A stretch of 64,000 bases of DNA from positions 320,001-384,000 of the forward strand of contig CAWBKB010000003.1 of NCBI GenBank assembly GCA_963789265.1, read 5' to 3'. Made by a program: the position numbers and the translations under genes. Of the stretch, positions 21,933 to 31,968 are shown in pieces. Each line of letters starts with the position of its first letter. The first letter of the stretch is position 1. The notes below the pieces were generated by a model. That model was not told the DNA's origin, searched no databases, and worked only from the letters and a program-made list of their open reading frames with translations. This DNA comes from an uncultured delta proteobacterium (GTDB taxonomy: Bacteria; Desulfobacterota; Desulfomonilia; Desulfomonilales; Desulfomonilaceae).

Positions 21933-22418
21933 TCATGATACCATTCCAGGGCATGCACCAAACCATCGCAATTCTCGAAGCGAGCATTTTCCACATGATT
22001 CTTTTCCGTCCCCACCGCAAGATTTGCACTCCCTGCCGACAGCACGTTTTATCTCGGTTTTGGTTGATTTGCGGCATTTTCGGGCTGTGTTATGGGGGTA
22101 GAGATTGCAGGCCGTCCCGTCCACGAGGGTATGCCCTCCGCAGTCTTCGCGGCTGGGGTGTTTGCCAAAGCATTCGTGGCAGAAGCGGAGAATTGCCCTG
22201 GTGTAAACAGGCTTGGGCGTAGCGTTTCTCTTACCCTCTGCTCGTCGGCGCTGAAGTTCCTCTTTTGAGAGGTGAGACCATCCGGGAATTTTGGTTCCCT
22301 GTCGCGGAATCTGTTCTGAAATCTGCTCAAAATTTCCATTTTCAGATCGGGGTAATGGTTTTGGTAGGGCGTGCATGTTTTCGACCCTCTTTTCCAAAAA
22401 TTCATGTTGTAAAGTCAT
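21933..22418 (-). CDS. Cys-rich putative zinc-binding protein
   Basis: AILRFCHECFG..C..CNLYP and CKSCGG..CGKCSL; follows the primase gene. Confidence 0.6.
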   Translation of the reverse strand: MTLQHEFLEKRVENMHALPKPLPRSENGNFEQISEQIPRQGTKIPGWSHLSKEELQRRRAEGKRNATPKPVYTRAILRFCHECFGKHPSREDCGGHTLVDGTACNLYPHNTARKCRKSTKTEIKRAVGRECKSCGGDGKESCGKCSLRELRWFGACPGMVS

Positions 22419-22449
22419 CTCGCACCTCGAAAGCTCGCTGTGTCATGAA

Positions 22450-22650
22450 TACGGTGGATGCGGTGGATATCACCATAAGGTATTGGTATTGCATAGTATC
22501 TCCGTCCACCTGGGCTGGTGGATACCGGTGGATATTGCTTGCACCGAATTTCGATATCCACTCCATCCATCCCATATCCACCGGGGGTAGTGGATATATA
22601 AGACATTATTATTATTTATTATTAAGGCCATATCCACCATATCCACCGCT
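22450..22650. repeat. Iteron-like array with AT-rich patch; probable replication origin of the element
   Basis: About ten TCCAC/GTGGA-core copies, mostly (AT)ATCCACC, in both orientations; AT-rich 22595-22625; directly after the primase stop. Confidence 0.65.
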
Positions 22651-22661
22651 GTCTACACCTT

Positions 22662-24581
22662 TCACATTTGCCTAAGTGGAATCTCCCCTTGGGCAGGGTC
22701 TGTGTCTCGGGCCTGCCTCCAAGGTTCCCCGTAAGTATCGTCGTCTGGGGGCAAGGCATACTTCCCGTGCCCTTGTTTGATTACTTCCCCAGCCTCCACC
22801 ATCTTGGTTAAGAGATTATGTACTGCCGTAATGCCCTTGCCTGAGCGTTCCGCTATTTTCGTCGGCGTTAACGCTTCTCCCGCCTCCCTAAGAATGTTTC
22901 TGATTTCCCGCCGTTCCCTGCTCAGTTTCACATCGTCTGCGTTACCGCCATACAGCCATAAGCGGCAGTCTTTATCGAATGTCAAAGAGATGCTTCCTTT
23001 CTCCAGGTCTCTCCCCTCGAAATAGAGAACGGCGTCAAGATTCTCCATAGACTCCCTCTGCAAAACAAACCACGAATCAGCACACCCCGAAATTCCACGA
23101 GTCCCGCTGATTTCATCCATGACGTTCTCGGCCTTGGCTTTGGTCGTGTGATGAATCATGACTATGGCGATTTCATATTGTCCGGCCAACTGCTGAAGAG
23201 GTGAAAGGTCCTCATAATCCGCCTGGTAGGAATTCGACGTCTTGATACGGGTCGGTCTCACCTTTGCTAACGTGTCAAAAATCACTAGACGAATGTCAGG
23301 ACTATCTATCAGTTTCCTGTGAAGGAGATCCAAGCCGCCGTCATTGAGTCGCGGCCACCTATCGTAATAGAAGGCATTATCTGGTGCTTTGCCTTTGCAC
23401 ATGGGCTTCAACCTGTGTTGAAAACGTCTTGGATTATCCTCTAGCGCCGCGTGCAGGACGGTTCCAGGGTCACAAGGGTAATGGCCCAGTGCTTTACTCC
23501 CTTGGGCCTTTGCCAGTGCGATATTCTGCGCAAACCAACTTTTCCCGGCTTTAGGAGCGCCCGCGAGAATCGTCAACCCCTCGGGTAAAAGCCCATTAAT
23601 TATCCACCTTGGAGGGGGTAACTCTTTTGCGAGCAGTTCAGCAAAGCTTATCCCCAGCGGCATGACGGCCTTTGATTCTTTCGGAGTCTTGCCGGGGGGA
23701 TATTTGGAGACGCTTCGCGCGATGCTCTGTACTTCCCGGTCCGGCAAAGGGGGCTTGCATCGGCGGGAGTTAATAGCTGTCAGGGTTGGCAAAAACTCTT
23801 CAAACTCTAGGCCGATATTTCGCAGTTTCCCGGCCTGGGATGTCAAATAAGCATTGCGACTTCCGTCCAGGACGGTGCTTTGATTTTCTTTAATCTCGCT
23901 TAGTTCGGTGACATCCGCGTTTTTTGGTTCGCCAGGATCTACCCCCAAGGCCGCGAAAATCTCGTGAGCCGAGTAAGGCGGATGCGATGTTGTACGGTCT
24001 ACAAGCTCGCATAGGAAAGGGTCACGCTTGTTGTGGTAAAAACCTGGTACGCGCATGACCCGGTTTAAGTCTTTCGTGATATGAGGGTCACCCTTGAACT
24101 TTTCACAAAGCGCTGTTTGTGCCGCTCCAAAAAGCTTTTTGTCCACTGGGAAATCTTTGACAAGCCAAAAGCATTGATACCTTGGCTTTTCGTCCGGTCC
24201 TGGTGAGGTTTGCGTAATCAGGTGTGGCTTGACCCCCCATTCAAGAACTGGTTCGAGGGGGCTCCCGTCCAGGTCGAGAAACACGGCGCGAACAGCCGTT
24301 ACATTTTCCTCGCTTCGGCCATTCAGGTCACCGGCATTGACCATCACGAAAATGCCCGCCCCCTTTCGGTTTTCGGCTTTCAGTGTGCTTTGGCACTCGG
24401 TAAGCGTTCCCGAAAAGTGCTGAGGGATTACCCGTCCTTTTTTCTGATCGTCATAGGTCTGCAAGGTAACCACGGGATCATCTTCCCAGGTGAGCTTTGC
24501 GAGAAAGGTATATGCGTCGGCAAGGTTGACTTGTTCAGCCTTGACTTTTTTGGCCGCGTTCACTAGTCTTGCACGTGACAT
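22662..24581 (-). CDS. Primase-helicase (RepB-like primase + PriCT-1 + AAA_25-type helicase)
   Basis: AVFLDLD, RVMRVPGF, RNAYL..AGKL, Walker A GAPKAGKS, Walker B LVIFDT, IHHTTK. Confidence 0.88.
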   Translation of the reverse strand: MSRARLVNAAKKVKAEQVNLADAYTFLAKLTWEDDPVVTLQTYDDQKKGRVIPQHFSGTLTECQSTLKAENRKGAGIFVMVNAGDLNGRSEENVTAVRAVFLDLDGSPLEPVLEWGVKPHLITQTSPGPDEKPRYQCFWLVKDFPVDKKLFGAAQTALCEKFKGDPHITKDLNRVMRVPGFYHNKRDPFLCELVDRTTSHPPYSAHEIFAALGVDPGEPKNADVTELSEIKENQSTVLDGSRNAYLTSQAGKLRNIGLEFEEFLPTLTAINSRRCKPPLPDREVQSIARSVSKYPPGKTPKESKAVMPLGISFAELLAKELPPPRWIINGLLPEGLTILAGAPKAGKSWFAQNIALAKAQGSKALGHYPCDPGTVLHAALEDNPRRFQHRLKPMCKGKAPDNAFYYDRWPRLNDGGLDLLHRKLIDSPDIRLVIFDTLAKVRPTRIKTSNSYQADYEDLSPLQQLAGQYEIAIVMIHHTTKAKAENVMDEISGTRGISGCADSWFVLQRESMENLDAVLYFEGRDLEKGSISLTFDKDCRLWLYGGNADDVKLSRERREIRNILREAGEALTPTKIAERSGKGITAVHNLLTKMVEAGEVIKQGHGKYALPPDDDTYGEPWRQARDTDPAQGEIPLRQM

Positions 24582-24698
24582 AACATATTTCCTTGAATCG
24601 CCCGGCGGGTGTACCAGACCTCGGGCTTTCGTTATTTGGGGCCTCGATTTGAGCCTTCAATTGGGCGTGATTTAGAAAGATTTTCCAGGTCGTTCCCC

Positions 24699-24911
24699 TC
24701 ATTTGCTGGCCTCCCCTGGAGCCTGCCTCATTGCCTTTTCGTAATCTTCCACGTCGGCAAGTCGGAAACGTACGAGCGGGCGAGCCCCTCTGCCAGCACT
24801 CAGATCAACCCAGGGGATCAATCCATGTTGGCGCAATCTGTCCACGGTCCGGGTTGAGGCGTTCCACCGCTTCGCCAGATCCTCACGTGTAAGGTGTTGG
24901 TCGTTAGTCAT
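24699..24911 (-). CDS. Excisionase/AlpA-like HTH protein
   Basis: LTREDLAKRWNASTRTVDRLR..VRFRLADVEDY; GGAGG RBS. Confidence 0.85.
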   Translation of the reverse strand: MTNDQHLTREDLAKRWNASTRTVDRLRQHGLIPWVDLSAGRGARPLVRFRLADVEDYEKAMRQAPGEASK

Positions 24912-25096
24912 ATCGTGCCTCCTATTAGTGGTCTATGAACCTGGGGGGCACTTTAGGCAGAGCACGGAAGGCGTAATATCCGTGTTAGAGCTGGACTAAC
25001 GTTTTTGAGGCGTATTCAGAATAAAAATAGCTGCTTATATCTGAGAATTTGGAGATAAGAGTTTGGAGGACTGATGTTTTTTTTGGGGAGGGGATC

Positions 25097-26224
25097 TTAT
25101 GAGTTTGGGGGGCGGCCCGGCTTTTTCTTTTGGATATCTCTGATCCTTTGCCTTACCCAGCTTTCCGCATGAGGGATCTCAAATTGACCCGTATTATCCG
25201 GTACAAGATATCGTACCCAATCATATTTATCTGCCTCAAAGAAATAGGGTTTGTCCGTACTGAGTGCCCAGTGAATTACTTCGGCCAGTTTCTTATCGGT
25301 GATATTTCGAGGCTGCTTCTTTTTCTTTATTTTCTCCATCAGCTTGGTGACGCGTTCAATATCTCTGTCTCTCGGTGTTCTCTTGGTCTTGAGCTTAATC
25401 GCGTGATCTTTCCGCTCTAGTTTCTTTACGTCCATCGACTTGAACAGACAACCGTGCAACGGCCCGTAATTAAAAAGTGAAGCACTCCGGGACAAGGCTT
25501 CCTCAGACCTAAGTTGTATTCCGTCTTTCTTATCTAAATGATAGATGGGTAATCTCATCTTTCGGACGCGTAATTCTAAATCAACCAGGGCCATCTTCCA
25601 CTTTTCCATAACCTCGTCAGGAGAAATCCACTCCGAGGTCACATGAAGTTCAGCGGCATTCTTGATGATAGACGATTCTTGCTTCCCCCTTATGGCCTTC
25701 ACGTGTTCCAGTTTCTCGTAAAATTGGACATGCTCTAATTTGCACCACCACCATTGAGGGATGGAAAACCAGATGTTTGGCAGATCGTTAATGTAAGCTT
25801 TGGAGTGATAGCGAATCCACCAGTCCGGATCTTGGTTGAATTGCTGAAGGTCATAGTACGAAGAGATCTTTTCATTTATCGGTTCCATACAGCCGGTTTG
25901 TTTGCTCCAGAGGTGGACCGGCACGTTATATGACATACTCACAAGATCTTTCGCAGTGGTCTTCCATACTGCCAGTAATTTAGCGCCGGATATCCATCCT
26001 TCTTCCGGATTATGTGAGGTATCATACTCTTGTAGGAGCAGGGCATGTTGACAAATAGTTCCACTGGACACTTCGTATTGGAGCCCGAGAGGGGCCAACA
26101 ATTCAATTGAGACCTCTTGAAATTTCTTGAGATCTTCAGGAATAGATCCGTTGTCCATGAACAGGAGAGCAAGATCAGAGGGAGGAGATTGCAAGCGGGC
26201 CACCAAGGAATCTATCGAGTTCAT
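25097..26224 (-). CDS. Hypothetical protein coupled to the integrase
   Basis: 375-aa ORF with ATGA overlap of the integrase stop; no family recognised. Confidence 0.7.
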   Translation of the reverse strand: MNSIDSLVARLQSPPSDLALLFMDNGSIPEDLKKFQEVSIELLAPLGLQYEVSSGTICQHALLLQEYDTSHNPEEGWISGAKLLAVWKTTAKDLVSMSYNVPVHLWSKQTGCMEPINEKISSYYDLQQFNQDPDWWIRYHSKAYINDLPNIWFSIPQWWWCKLEHVQFYEKLEHVKAIRGKQESSIIKNAAELHVTSEWISPDEVMEKWKMALVDLELRVRKMRLPIYHLDKKDGIQLRSEEALSRSASLFNYGPLHGCLFKSMDVKKLERKDHAIKLKTKRTPRDRDIERVTKLMEKIKKKKQPRNITDKKLAEVIHWALSTDKPYFFEADKYDWVRYLVPDNTGQFEIPHAESWVRQRIRDIQKKKPGRPPNS

Positions 26225-27390
26225 TTGCGTCGTCCCTCCATTTTTGCTTTGGCGGCATCCTGAGCACGGCTGACGGCTTCAAATGCGGATTTCTGACTGT
26301 CTGGTGACAGGTGGCTGTATCGCTCTGTCATACTCATACTTTTATGTCCAAGGCATTTGGATACGGTGTAAAGCGGTACGCCCTCCATAACCGCCCAGGA
26401 TGCGAAACTGTGGCGCAAACTATGGAAAGAGATTTTTTCTCTGGGGTCAGATATGCCTTTGTTCAGACCTGACTCAGCAACTACATCAGTGAAGACCTTG
26501 CTTAACCATTGGACCGGTTCGCCTTTTCGCGTTTTGAAGAGCACGTCATCAGGTTCACCTGGAGGCAATTCGTCCAGAACTTCTCTGATTTGATCTGTGA
26601 TAAAAACTGGCCGTGATTCATTATTCTTAGCGTCCATGACATACAGAATTCCACGGGATTGATCCACATTGGACCATTTGAGAGCGAAGATTTCTCCTAA
26701 ACGCATCCCTGAATACAGTGATAATTTCGCTATTAGTGCAAGCTGGGAGCTGCGTTTTTTCAACGCCGTAAGCAATAGGTCTGCTTCTGCGCGGGTCAGG
26801 AAGCGTTGACGTCGGTTATTTGGGGTCGGGAAGGTAACGCTATCACAAGGATTTGGACCGCTCCACAAACCCCATTGAACGGCTTTGTTGTATGCTTGCC
26901 GAACTAGGCACAACACTTGCCGGACGGTTGCCTCACGCCGGTTCTTGTCTCTCATATCTTTCTTTACACGCTCTATGTCCAGAGGGGCAATCTCTTGTAG
27001 GGCCTTGTTGGCGAATCGCGATTCAAGCCAATTTTTGTACCGCGACTTGTCGTCACGTAGGCGGCTCTTGTTCTCTTCTGCCCACGGTAAATAATACTTA
27101 TCCATTAGGGTGCCAAAGGTGAGCTTGTCGGCTTTCCGCTGAGACTTTGGCTTGTATTCGCCAGACCGGTCTTGCTCCAAGAGTTCATAGCGCCGCCGCT
27201 GTGCAGCTTCCGGGGTCCACCCTTCCGAAGCCCAGCCGCATCGTTCCCATTGAAGCTTACCTGTCTTACCATCCTTGAAGTTCACCCAATAGCAGCGGTC
27301 CGGGCGCTGACGCCACTTTCTGATAGTGCTTTCCGAATAGTAAACCCCGGTAAATTTCTTGACGGATACCTTGGCGGCCATGACCATCAC
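26221..27390 (-). CDS. Tyrosine recombinase/integrase
   Basis: Catalytic set SGMRLGE, K(NN), HSLRH, LGH, RYSH; adjacent to the att repeat. Confidence 0.96.
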   Translation of the reverse strand: MMVMAAKVSVKKFTGVYYSESTIRKWRQRPDRCYWVNFKDGKTGKLQWERCGWASEGWTPEAAQRRRYELLEQDRSGEYKPKSQRKADKLTFGTLMDKYYLPWAEENKSRLRDDKSRYKNWLESRFANKALQEIAPLDIERVKKDMRDKNRREATVRQVLCLVRQAYNKAVQWGLWSGPNPCDSVTFPTPNNRRQRFLTRAEADLLLTALKKRSSQLALIAKLSLYSGMRLGEIFALKWSNVDQSRGILYVMDAKNNESRPVFITDQIREVLDELPPGEPDDVLFKTRKGEPVQWLSKVFTDVVAESGLNKGISDPREKISFHSLRHSFASWAVMEGVPLYTVSKCLGHKSMSMTERYSHLSPDSQKSAFEAVSRAQDAAKAKMEGRRK

Positions 27391-27576
27391 CTCTCGCAGT
27401 ACTTCTTGTTTCCATTCCGTAGGTCCCCAGGGTTAACTGAGGGATAACCTGAGTCTGGAATTTTGGGGGCCGTTACGTCTACTTGAGTCAGGCAAGTTAT
27501 CGCGATAAGGCATTGAAGTCAAGGACTTTTGACATTATCAGGAGAGTTGTGTCATCTTGAGGCTAAGTGGTTAAAA

Positions 27577-27631
27577 ACGGATTCCTAATCCGCAGGTCGC
27601 AAGTTCGATCCTTGCCGGGGGTACCAGAAAA
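27577..27631 (+). repeat. att site: duplicated 3' part of tRNA-Arg
   Basis: Identical to 13841-13895. Confidence 0.97.
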
Positions 27632-27787
27632 GTCAAAAGCTTTTATCTCCGTTGAATATGTGTGGGGAACATACCGGGCCGTTTCGGTGTCAGAGCAATC
27701 AGTCTGTGATCAGCTACGTGCCCGCGGAATTGTAAGACGGCAGCATGATTCATATTAGTAAGCGTAGGGTACGCGGAGGAGTCGGTA

Positions 27788-29224
27788 GTGAATGGGGAAA
27801 CAGAAAGCAACTGTCCGACTCACGCTGGTCTAGCTGTGAGCGCTCTCCGGAAGAACGTCAGAGGTCAAGTCTTGACCGCATCCGACACTGAGTTCGAGAA
27901 AGTGGCCCTTGATATTTGGAACAAATATGGACCTATTAAACGCCGGCCTCAATTGATTGTTCGGGCACTTAACGAAGAAGACGTTGTCGAGACGGTCAAG
28001 TTCGCAAGAGCCAAAAAACTGAAAGTTACAGTGCGCGGAGGTGGACACCACTGGAGCAATTCTTCTCTGCGCAATAGCGGCGTGATGATCGACCTGACCA
28101 ATCTCAATAAGGTCATTTCTATAGATGCAAAGTCGTATAAGGCTGTGGTTCAGCCGGTCATCAGCAATCGGGAAATCCAGTCTCACCTGAATGCTCAAAA
28201 TTTATCCTATCCCAGCGGGCATTGTCCTCCTGTTAAATTGAGTGGTTATCTGCTCAGTGGAGGAATGTCATGGAATCAGGGTGTATGGGGACCTGGAATT
28301 GGCAGCGTCGAAGCAGTTGAATTAGTAACCCCCGATGGAGAGCTAATTACTGCCAACAAAGATCAAAACACCGATTACTATTGGGCCGCGCGGGGAGCCG
28401 GACCGGCCTTCTTTGGCGTGGCAACGCGATACCACCTTAAGCTCTATGATTTGCCGAGAGCTATTGCATGCAGCTATCATTATTATCCAATCGGCGAAGT
28501 GGCCGCTGTCGCCCAATGGCTTGAATCCATAGCAAGCACATTGGCACCCAATATCGAATTGAGTTTATTCTTGCTAACGGCGCCGGCTGAGCTTGCGGAA
28601 AAATGCAAGGCGGATGCTGGCAAGGTTTGCATGGTGGCGGCGACGATTTTCGCTGATTCAACGGCTGAAGTTAAGTCATCCCTCAAACCTCTCGACGATT
28701 GTCCGGTCGCTGCGAAATGCCTCTCCAAGACAAACGCAAAGCCTTACGACTTTGAGGCCCTGTTTGATGCATCCGGAGGTCTGTGGCCTGCCGATCACCG
28801 CAACCATGTCGAAGCGATGTTCTCCGAGTCCAACCTTGCCGATATGTTTGATGCGCTCAGCGATCATTTCTTGCGGACGCCGTCACCGACCACTATCATC
28901 ATGTTTGCAATCTTTACCGGGCCCAACATTCCCGCTCCACTTACCGATGCTGCATTCTCAATGAGCGCCCATTATTATGGGGGACCATGGACCATGTGGA
29001 CGAAAGCGGAGGATGACGAAGCCAACACGCGATGGCACGAGAAATGCCTGGATTTGCTTAAGCCGTTTGTCACCGGGCATTACATCGGCGAAACGGACAC
29101 GGTAAAGTATCCGGACCACGTCAAGGCATCGTACACCGAGAGCAAGTGGAATCGCCTCGAAGAGTTGCGAAAGAAATATGATCCAGATGGAGTGTTCTTC
29201 AATTATTCAAATGGGGTGAGCTGA
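27788..29224 (+). CDS. FAD-linked oxidoreductase (VAO/berberine-bridge family)
   Basis: VRGGGHHW, SGHCPPV, WAARGAG, C-terminal LRKKYDPDGVF. Confidence 0.9.
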   Translation: MNGETESNCPTHAGLAVSALRKNVRGQVLTASDTEFEKVALDIWNKYGPIKRRPQLIVRALNEEDVVETVKFARAKKLKVTVRGGGHHWSNSSLRNSGVMIDLTNLNKVISIDAKSYKAVVQPVISNREIQSHLNAQNLSYPSGHCPPVKLSGYLLSGGMSWNQGVWGPGIGSVEAVELVTPDGELITANKDQNTDYYWAARGAGPAFFGVATRYHLKLYDLPRAIACSYHYYPIGEVAAVAQWLESIASTLAPNIELSLFLLTAPAELAEKCKADAGKVCMVAATIFADSTAEVKSSLKPLDDCPVAAKCLSKTNAKPYDFEALFDASGGLWPADHRNHVEAMFSESNLADMFDALSDHFLRTPSPTTIIMFAIFTGPNIPAPLTDAAFSMSAHYYGGPWTMWTKAEDDEANTRWHEKCLDLLKPFVTGHYIGETDTVKYPDHVKASYTESKWNRLEELRKKYDPDGVFFNYSNGVS

Positions 29225-29567
29225 GAACAACCGGGCTCCTTAATTGATGTGTGGCGCACGTATGCGCACCAGGAATTGTTTGAATGGTCTACCAAATTTT
29301 TTTATGGATCCGGTTTAATTTGATGAACAGGGTCCCGAAGCAACATAAGAATTCCACAATTAGTGCTGCGCCGATAGGGAGGACCGAGTCGACACCTCGA
29401 TCGGGACTAATTCCGAATATTCTTCCATTTTTTCTGTCAGTTACAGCGGCGGAGTGTGTGGTAACGGTGGGTTAGGGATCCAGGAAGCTTCTGATCATCT
29501 GAGAACCACCTCAGTCATACAAAGTAGCGCTTCACAGCGTGACCAACTTTTCAGAGGAGGTATCGTT

Positions 29568-30989
29568 ATGGCCGGTGCGAGCTGCGCGATCCGAGGAACG
29601 TTCTTCGACTTTATCGATGACCCGTGGAAGCACATTGGACACGAGCCGGAGTCGGCCCGCTTTACTCGCGATGGGCTGCTCGTCGTCAAGAATGGAATTA
29701 TCGAGGATTTTGGCACATTCGCCGACGTCTCGCGGCGACACCCAGACCTGCCGGTCACCCACCTTCAAAACCGGCTGATTCTCCCAGGGCTCATCGACGG
29801 GCACATCCACTTTCCGCAGTTGCGCGTCCTCGGGGCCTACGGCGCCCAGTTGCTGGATTGGCTGCAAACCTGGATCTTCCCAGAAGAAGAGAAATACAAG
29901 GATCGGGACTACGCGCGCGGCGCTGCACGGTATTTCTTCGACGCCCTGCTCGCCGGGGGCACGACAACCTGCCTGGCATTCACCACCAGCAGCCCGGTAT
30001 CGACGGAGGAGTTCTTCGACGAGGCCGCCCGCCGCGACATGCGTGTGATCGCGGGCCTGACCGGCATCGACCGTTTCGCTCCCGAGGGCACCGTGATTAC
30101 GCCGGATTATTTCTACCGAGAGTCCCAGCGATTGATCGAGCGCTACCACCGAAAAGGCCGCAACCTTTACGCGATTACCCCGCGCTTCGCGGTGGGTTGC
30201 ACGGACGAAATGATGGAACGCTGTAGGCAGTTGAAGGAGGAGCACGACGACTGCTGGATCAACACGCACATCTCCGAGAACCCGTCTGAGCTTCGCACTT
30301 CGCGCCAATACTATCCCGATTGCAACGACTACACGAGCGTTCACGAAAAACACGGGTTGCTGGGACCTAAATTCACAGCGGGCCACGGGATCTGGCTCTC
30401 CAATGACGAATTGCGACGCTTCTCAAAGGCGGGCGCGACCGTTGCGTTTTGTCCACTTTCGAACCTGTTCCTCGGCAGCGGTCTCTTCCGCCTGGGCCGG
30501 GCCACAGACCCCGAGCACCCCGTCCGTATCACCGTGGGCAGCGATATTGGCGGGGGCAACGCGTTCACCATCATTCGGGTGCTCGAGGAGGCTTACAAGG
30601 TCGGCATGTGCAACAACACTATGCTGGACGGTTCCGTTAACCCTCGCGAGCAGGACATCGCGGAGGCTGATCGCAACAAGCTGTCGCCCTACCGGGCATT
30701 TTACCTCGCCACCTTGGGCGGCGCCCATGCCCTCTACCTCGACGACATGCTGGGCAACTTCGACAAGGGCAAGGAGGCCGATTTCGTAGCCATCGACTGG
30801 AACGCGGGTCAGTTGGCAATGAGCTGGCACCAGTCGCTCATCGTGGAAGGCGCCAGCCCCGAGACCGTAGAGCAAGCGGCCCAACTCCTGTTCGGTGTCA
30901 TGACGGTCGGCGACGATCGCAACATCGACGAGACGTGGGTCGCCGGAAAGCGCGCCTACAAGAAAGCTGTTGAGGCAGCGCAGGCGTAA
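29568..30989 (+). CDS. guaD: Guanine deaminase
   Basis: PGLIDGHIHFPQ, YAITPRFA, THISEN, CPLSNLFLGSG, GSDIGGG; GAGGAGG RBS before ATG 29568. Confidence 0.93.
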   Translation: MAGASCAIRGTFFDFIDDPWKHIGHEPESARFTRDGLLVVKNGIIEDFGTFADVSRRHPDLPVTHLQNRLILPGLIDGHIHFPQLRVLGAYGAQLLDWLQTWIFPEEEKYKDRDYARGAARYFFDALLAGGTTTCLAFTTSSPVSTEEFFDEAARRDMRVIAGLTGIDRFAPEGTVITPDYFYRESQRLIERYHRKGRNLYAITPRFAVGCTDEMMERCRQLKEEHDDCWINTHISENPSELRTSRQYYPDCNDYTSVHEKHGLLGPKFTAGHGIWLSNDELRRFSKAGATVAFCPLSNLFLGSGLFRLGRATDPEHPVRITVGSDIGGGNAFTIIRVLEEAYKVGMCNNTMLDGSVNPREQDIAEADRNKLSPYRAFYLATLGGAHALYLDDMLGNFDKGKEADFVAIDWNAGQLAMSWHQSLIVEGASPETVEQAAQLLFGVMTVGDDRNIDETWVAGKRAYKKAVEAAQA

Positions 30990-31069
30990 GTCCAGGGCCG
31001 CCGGATCGAGGCCCCTGGCGCTTTGCGTGACAGGCACGGTCAAATGCCTTAAACATAAGGAGGTCAAGC

Positions 31070-31717
31070 TTGGAAGTGCGTGTCTCTCGGGCTTCCGCGG
31101 TTGTGGTGCAACGGGTTCCCGTTGCCCTCGCGGATTGGTTCATGGAATGGCAACGGGGCGTCACCGGCGCTGCCGAGGGCTTTGCCGGTTATCGCGACAC
31201 CGACATCTACCCCCCGGCTGACAGCCAGCGGGGCGAGTGGGTGGTGGTGATCCATTTCGTCGATGAGAAGTCGCTGCAGGAGTGGCTGGGCTCGTCAGTC
31301 CGGGCGCAGTGGGTGGAGAAGCTGCGGGCGCAGGTCGGGGACTTTGAACTCAAGGCGCTGCCGGGCGGTTTCGGCCCCTGGTTTGCGGGCCTCGCTCACG
31401 GCGAAGAAGGAGCCCCTCCGCCGTCCTGGAAGATGGCCCTCACGGTGCTTCTTAGCCTCTATCCCACGGTCATGGTGCTCACCCTCTTTCCGGGGCCGTA
31501 CATGCAGCCCCTGGGACTGGCCTGGGCCATGCTGATCAGCAACGTCCTGAGCGTGTGCATTCTCCAGTGGGCGGTGATGCCGGTGCTGAACTCCCTGCTC
31601 GCGAGTTGGCTCAAGGCAAACTCGGAGCAACAGAGGGCATTCTCAATCGGCGGACTTTTCCTGATCCTTGCCCTATTGGCGGGGTTGGCTCTTCTGTTCC
31701 GTCGAGTGACGGGCTAG
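31070..31717 (+). CDS. Antibiotic-biosynthesis-monooxygenase-like domain fused to membrane helices
   Basis: ABM-like N-terminus, PPSWKMAL..LYP and three hydrophobic helices; AAGGAGG RBS. Confidence 0.75.
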   Translation: MEVRVSRASAVVVQRVPVALADWFMEWQRGVTGAAEGFAGYRDTDIYPPADSQRGEWVVVIHFVDEKSLQEWLGSSVRAQWVEKLRAQVGDFELKALPGGFGPWFAGLAHGEEGAPPPSWKMALTVLLSLYPTVMVLTLFPGPYMQPLGLAWAMLISNVLSVCILQWAVMPVLNSLLASWLKANSEQQRAFSIGGLFLILALLAGLALLFRRVTG

Positions 31718-31968
31718 CAGGGCCACGAGTGATGCATCTGTCATGATGCTCTGATGATTGCCAAGGCCTGAGGCGTGATGCACTCTCAGGCAAACGGACG
31801 AACCAAACAAATATAGCGGGGCACTTGCGGAAAGCGTCCCGGCTTGTCATCCCACAGGACATCGTATGACGGGCACCGATCCACGTGGATGACGGCGCGA
31901 ACGCTTTCTGCCAGCCACTCTCCTGCTAATAAGGCAGGAATGCTTTACCTTGATGGAGGTATCCGAAG

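Larger units (their letters stand above)
13841..27631. mobile_element. Integrative element (phage-satellite/PICI-like) inserted in the 3' part of tRNA-Arg
   Basis: 55-bp direct repeat at 13841-13895 and 27577-27631; contains integrase, excisionase, primase-helicase and resolvase; no capsid, tail or conjugation genes recognised. Confidence 0.92.

Noticed and set aside
22450..22650. Chromosomal oriC
   Set aside because: Motifs differ from TTATCCACA, lie inside an integrated element, and no dnaA/dnaN context is present.
27577..27626. Second tRNA-Arg gene
   Set aside because: Lacks the 5' acceptor strand and D arm; it is the att duplication.
29532..30386. 284-aa antisense ORF and other overlapping ORFs in the purine cluster
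   Set aside because: Expected shadows of GC-rich coding DNA.
31760..31800. Glycine riboswitch suggested by CTCTCAGG
   Set aside because: Upstream GGAGA and CCGAAG elements are missing; it is a simple GCCTGAG/CTCAGGC hairpin.
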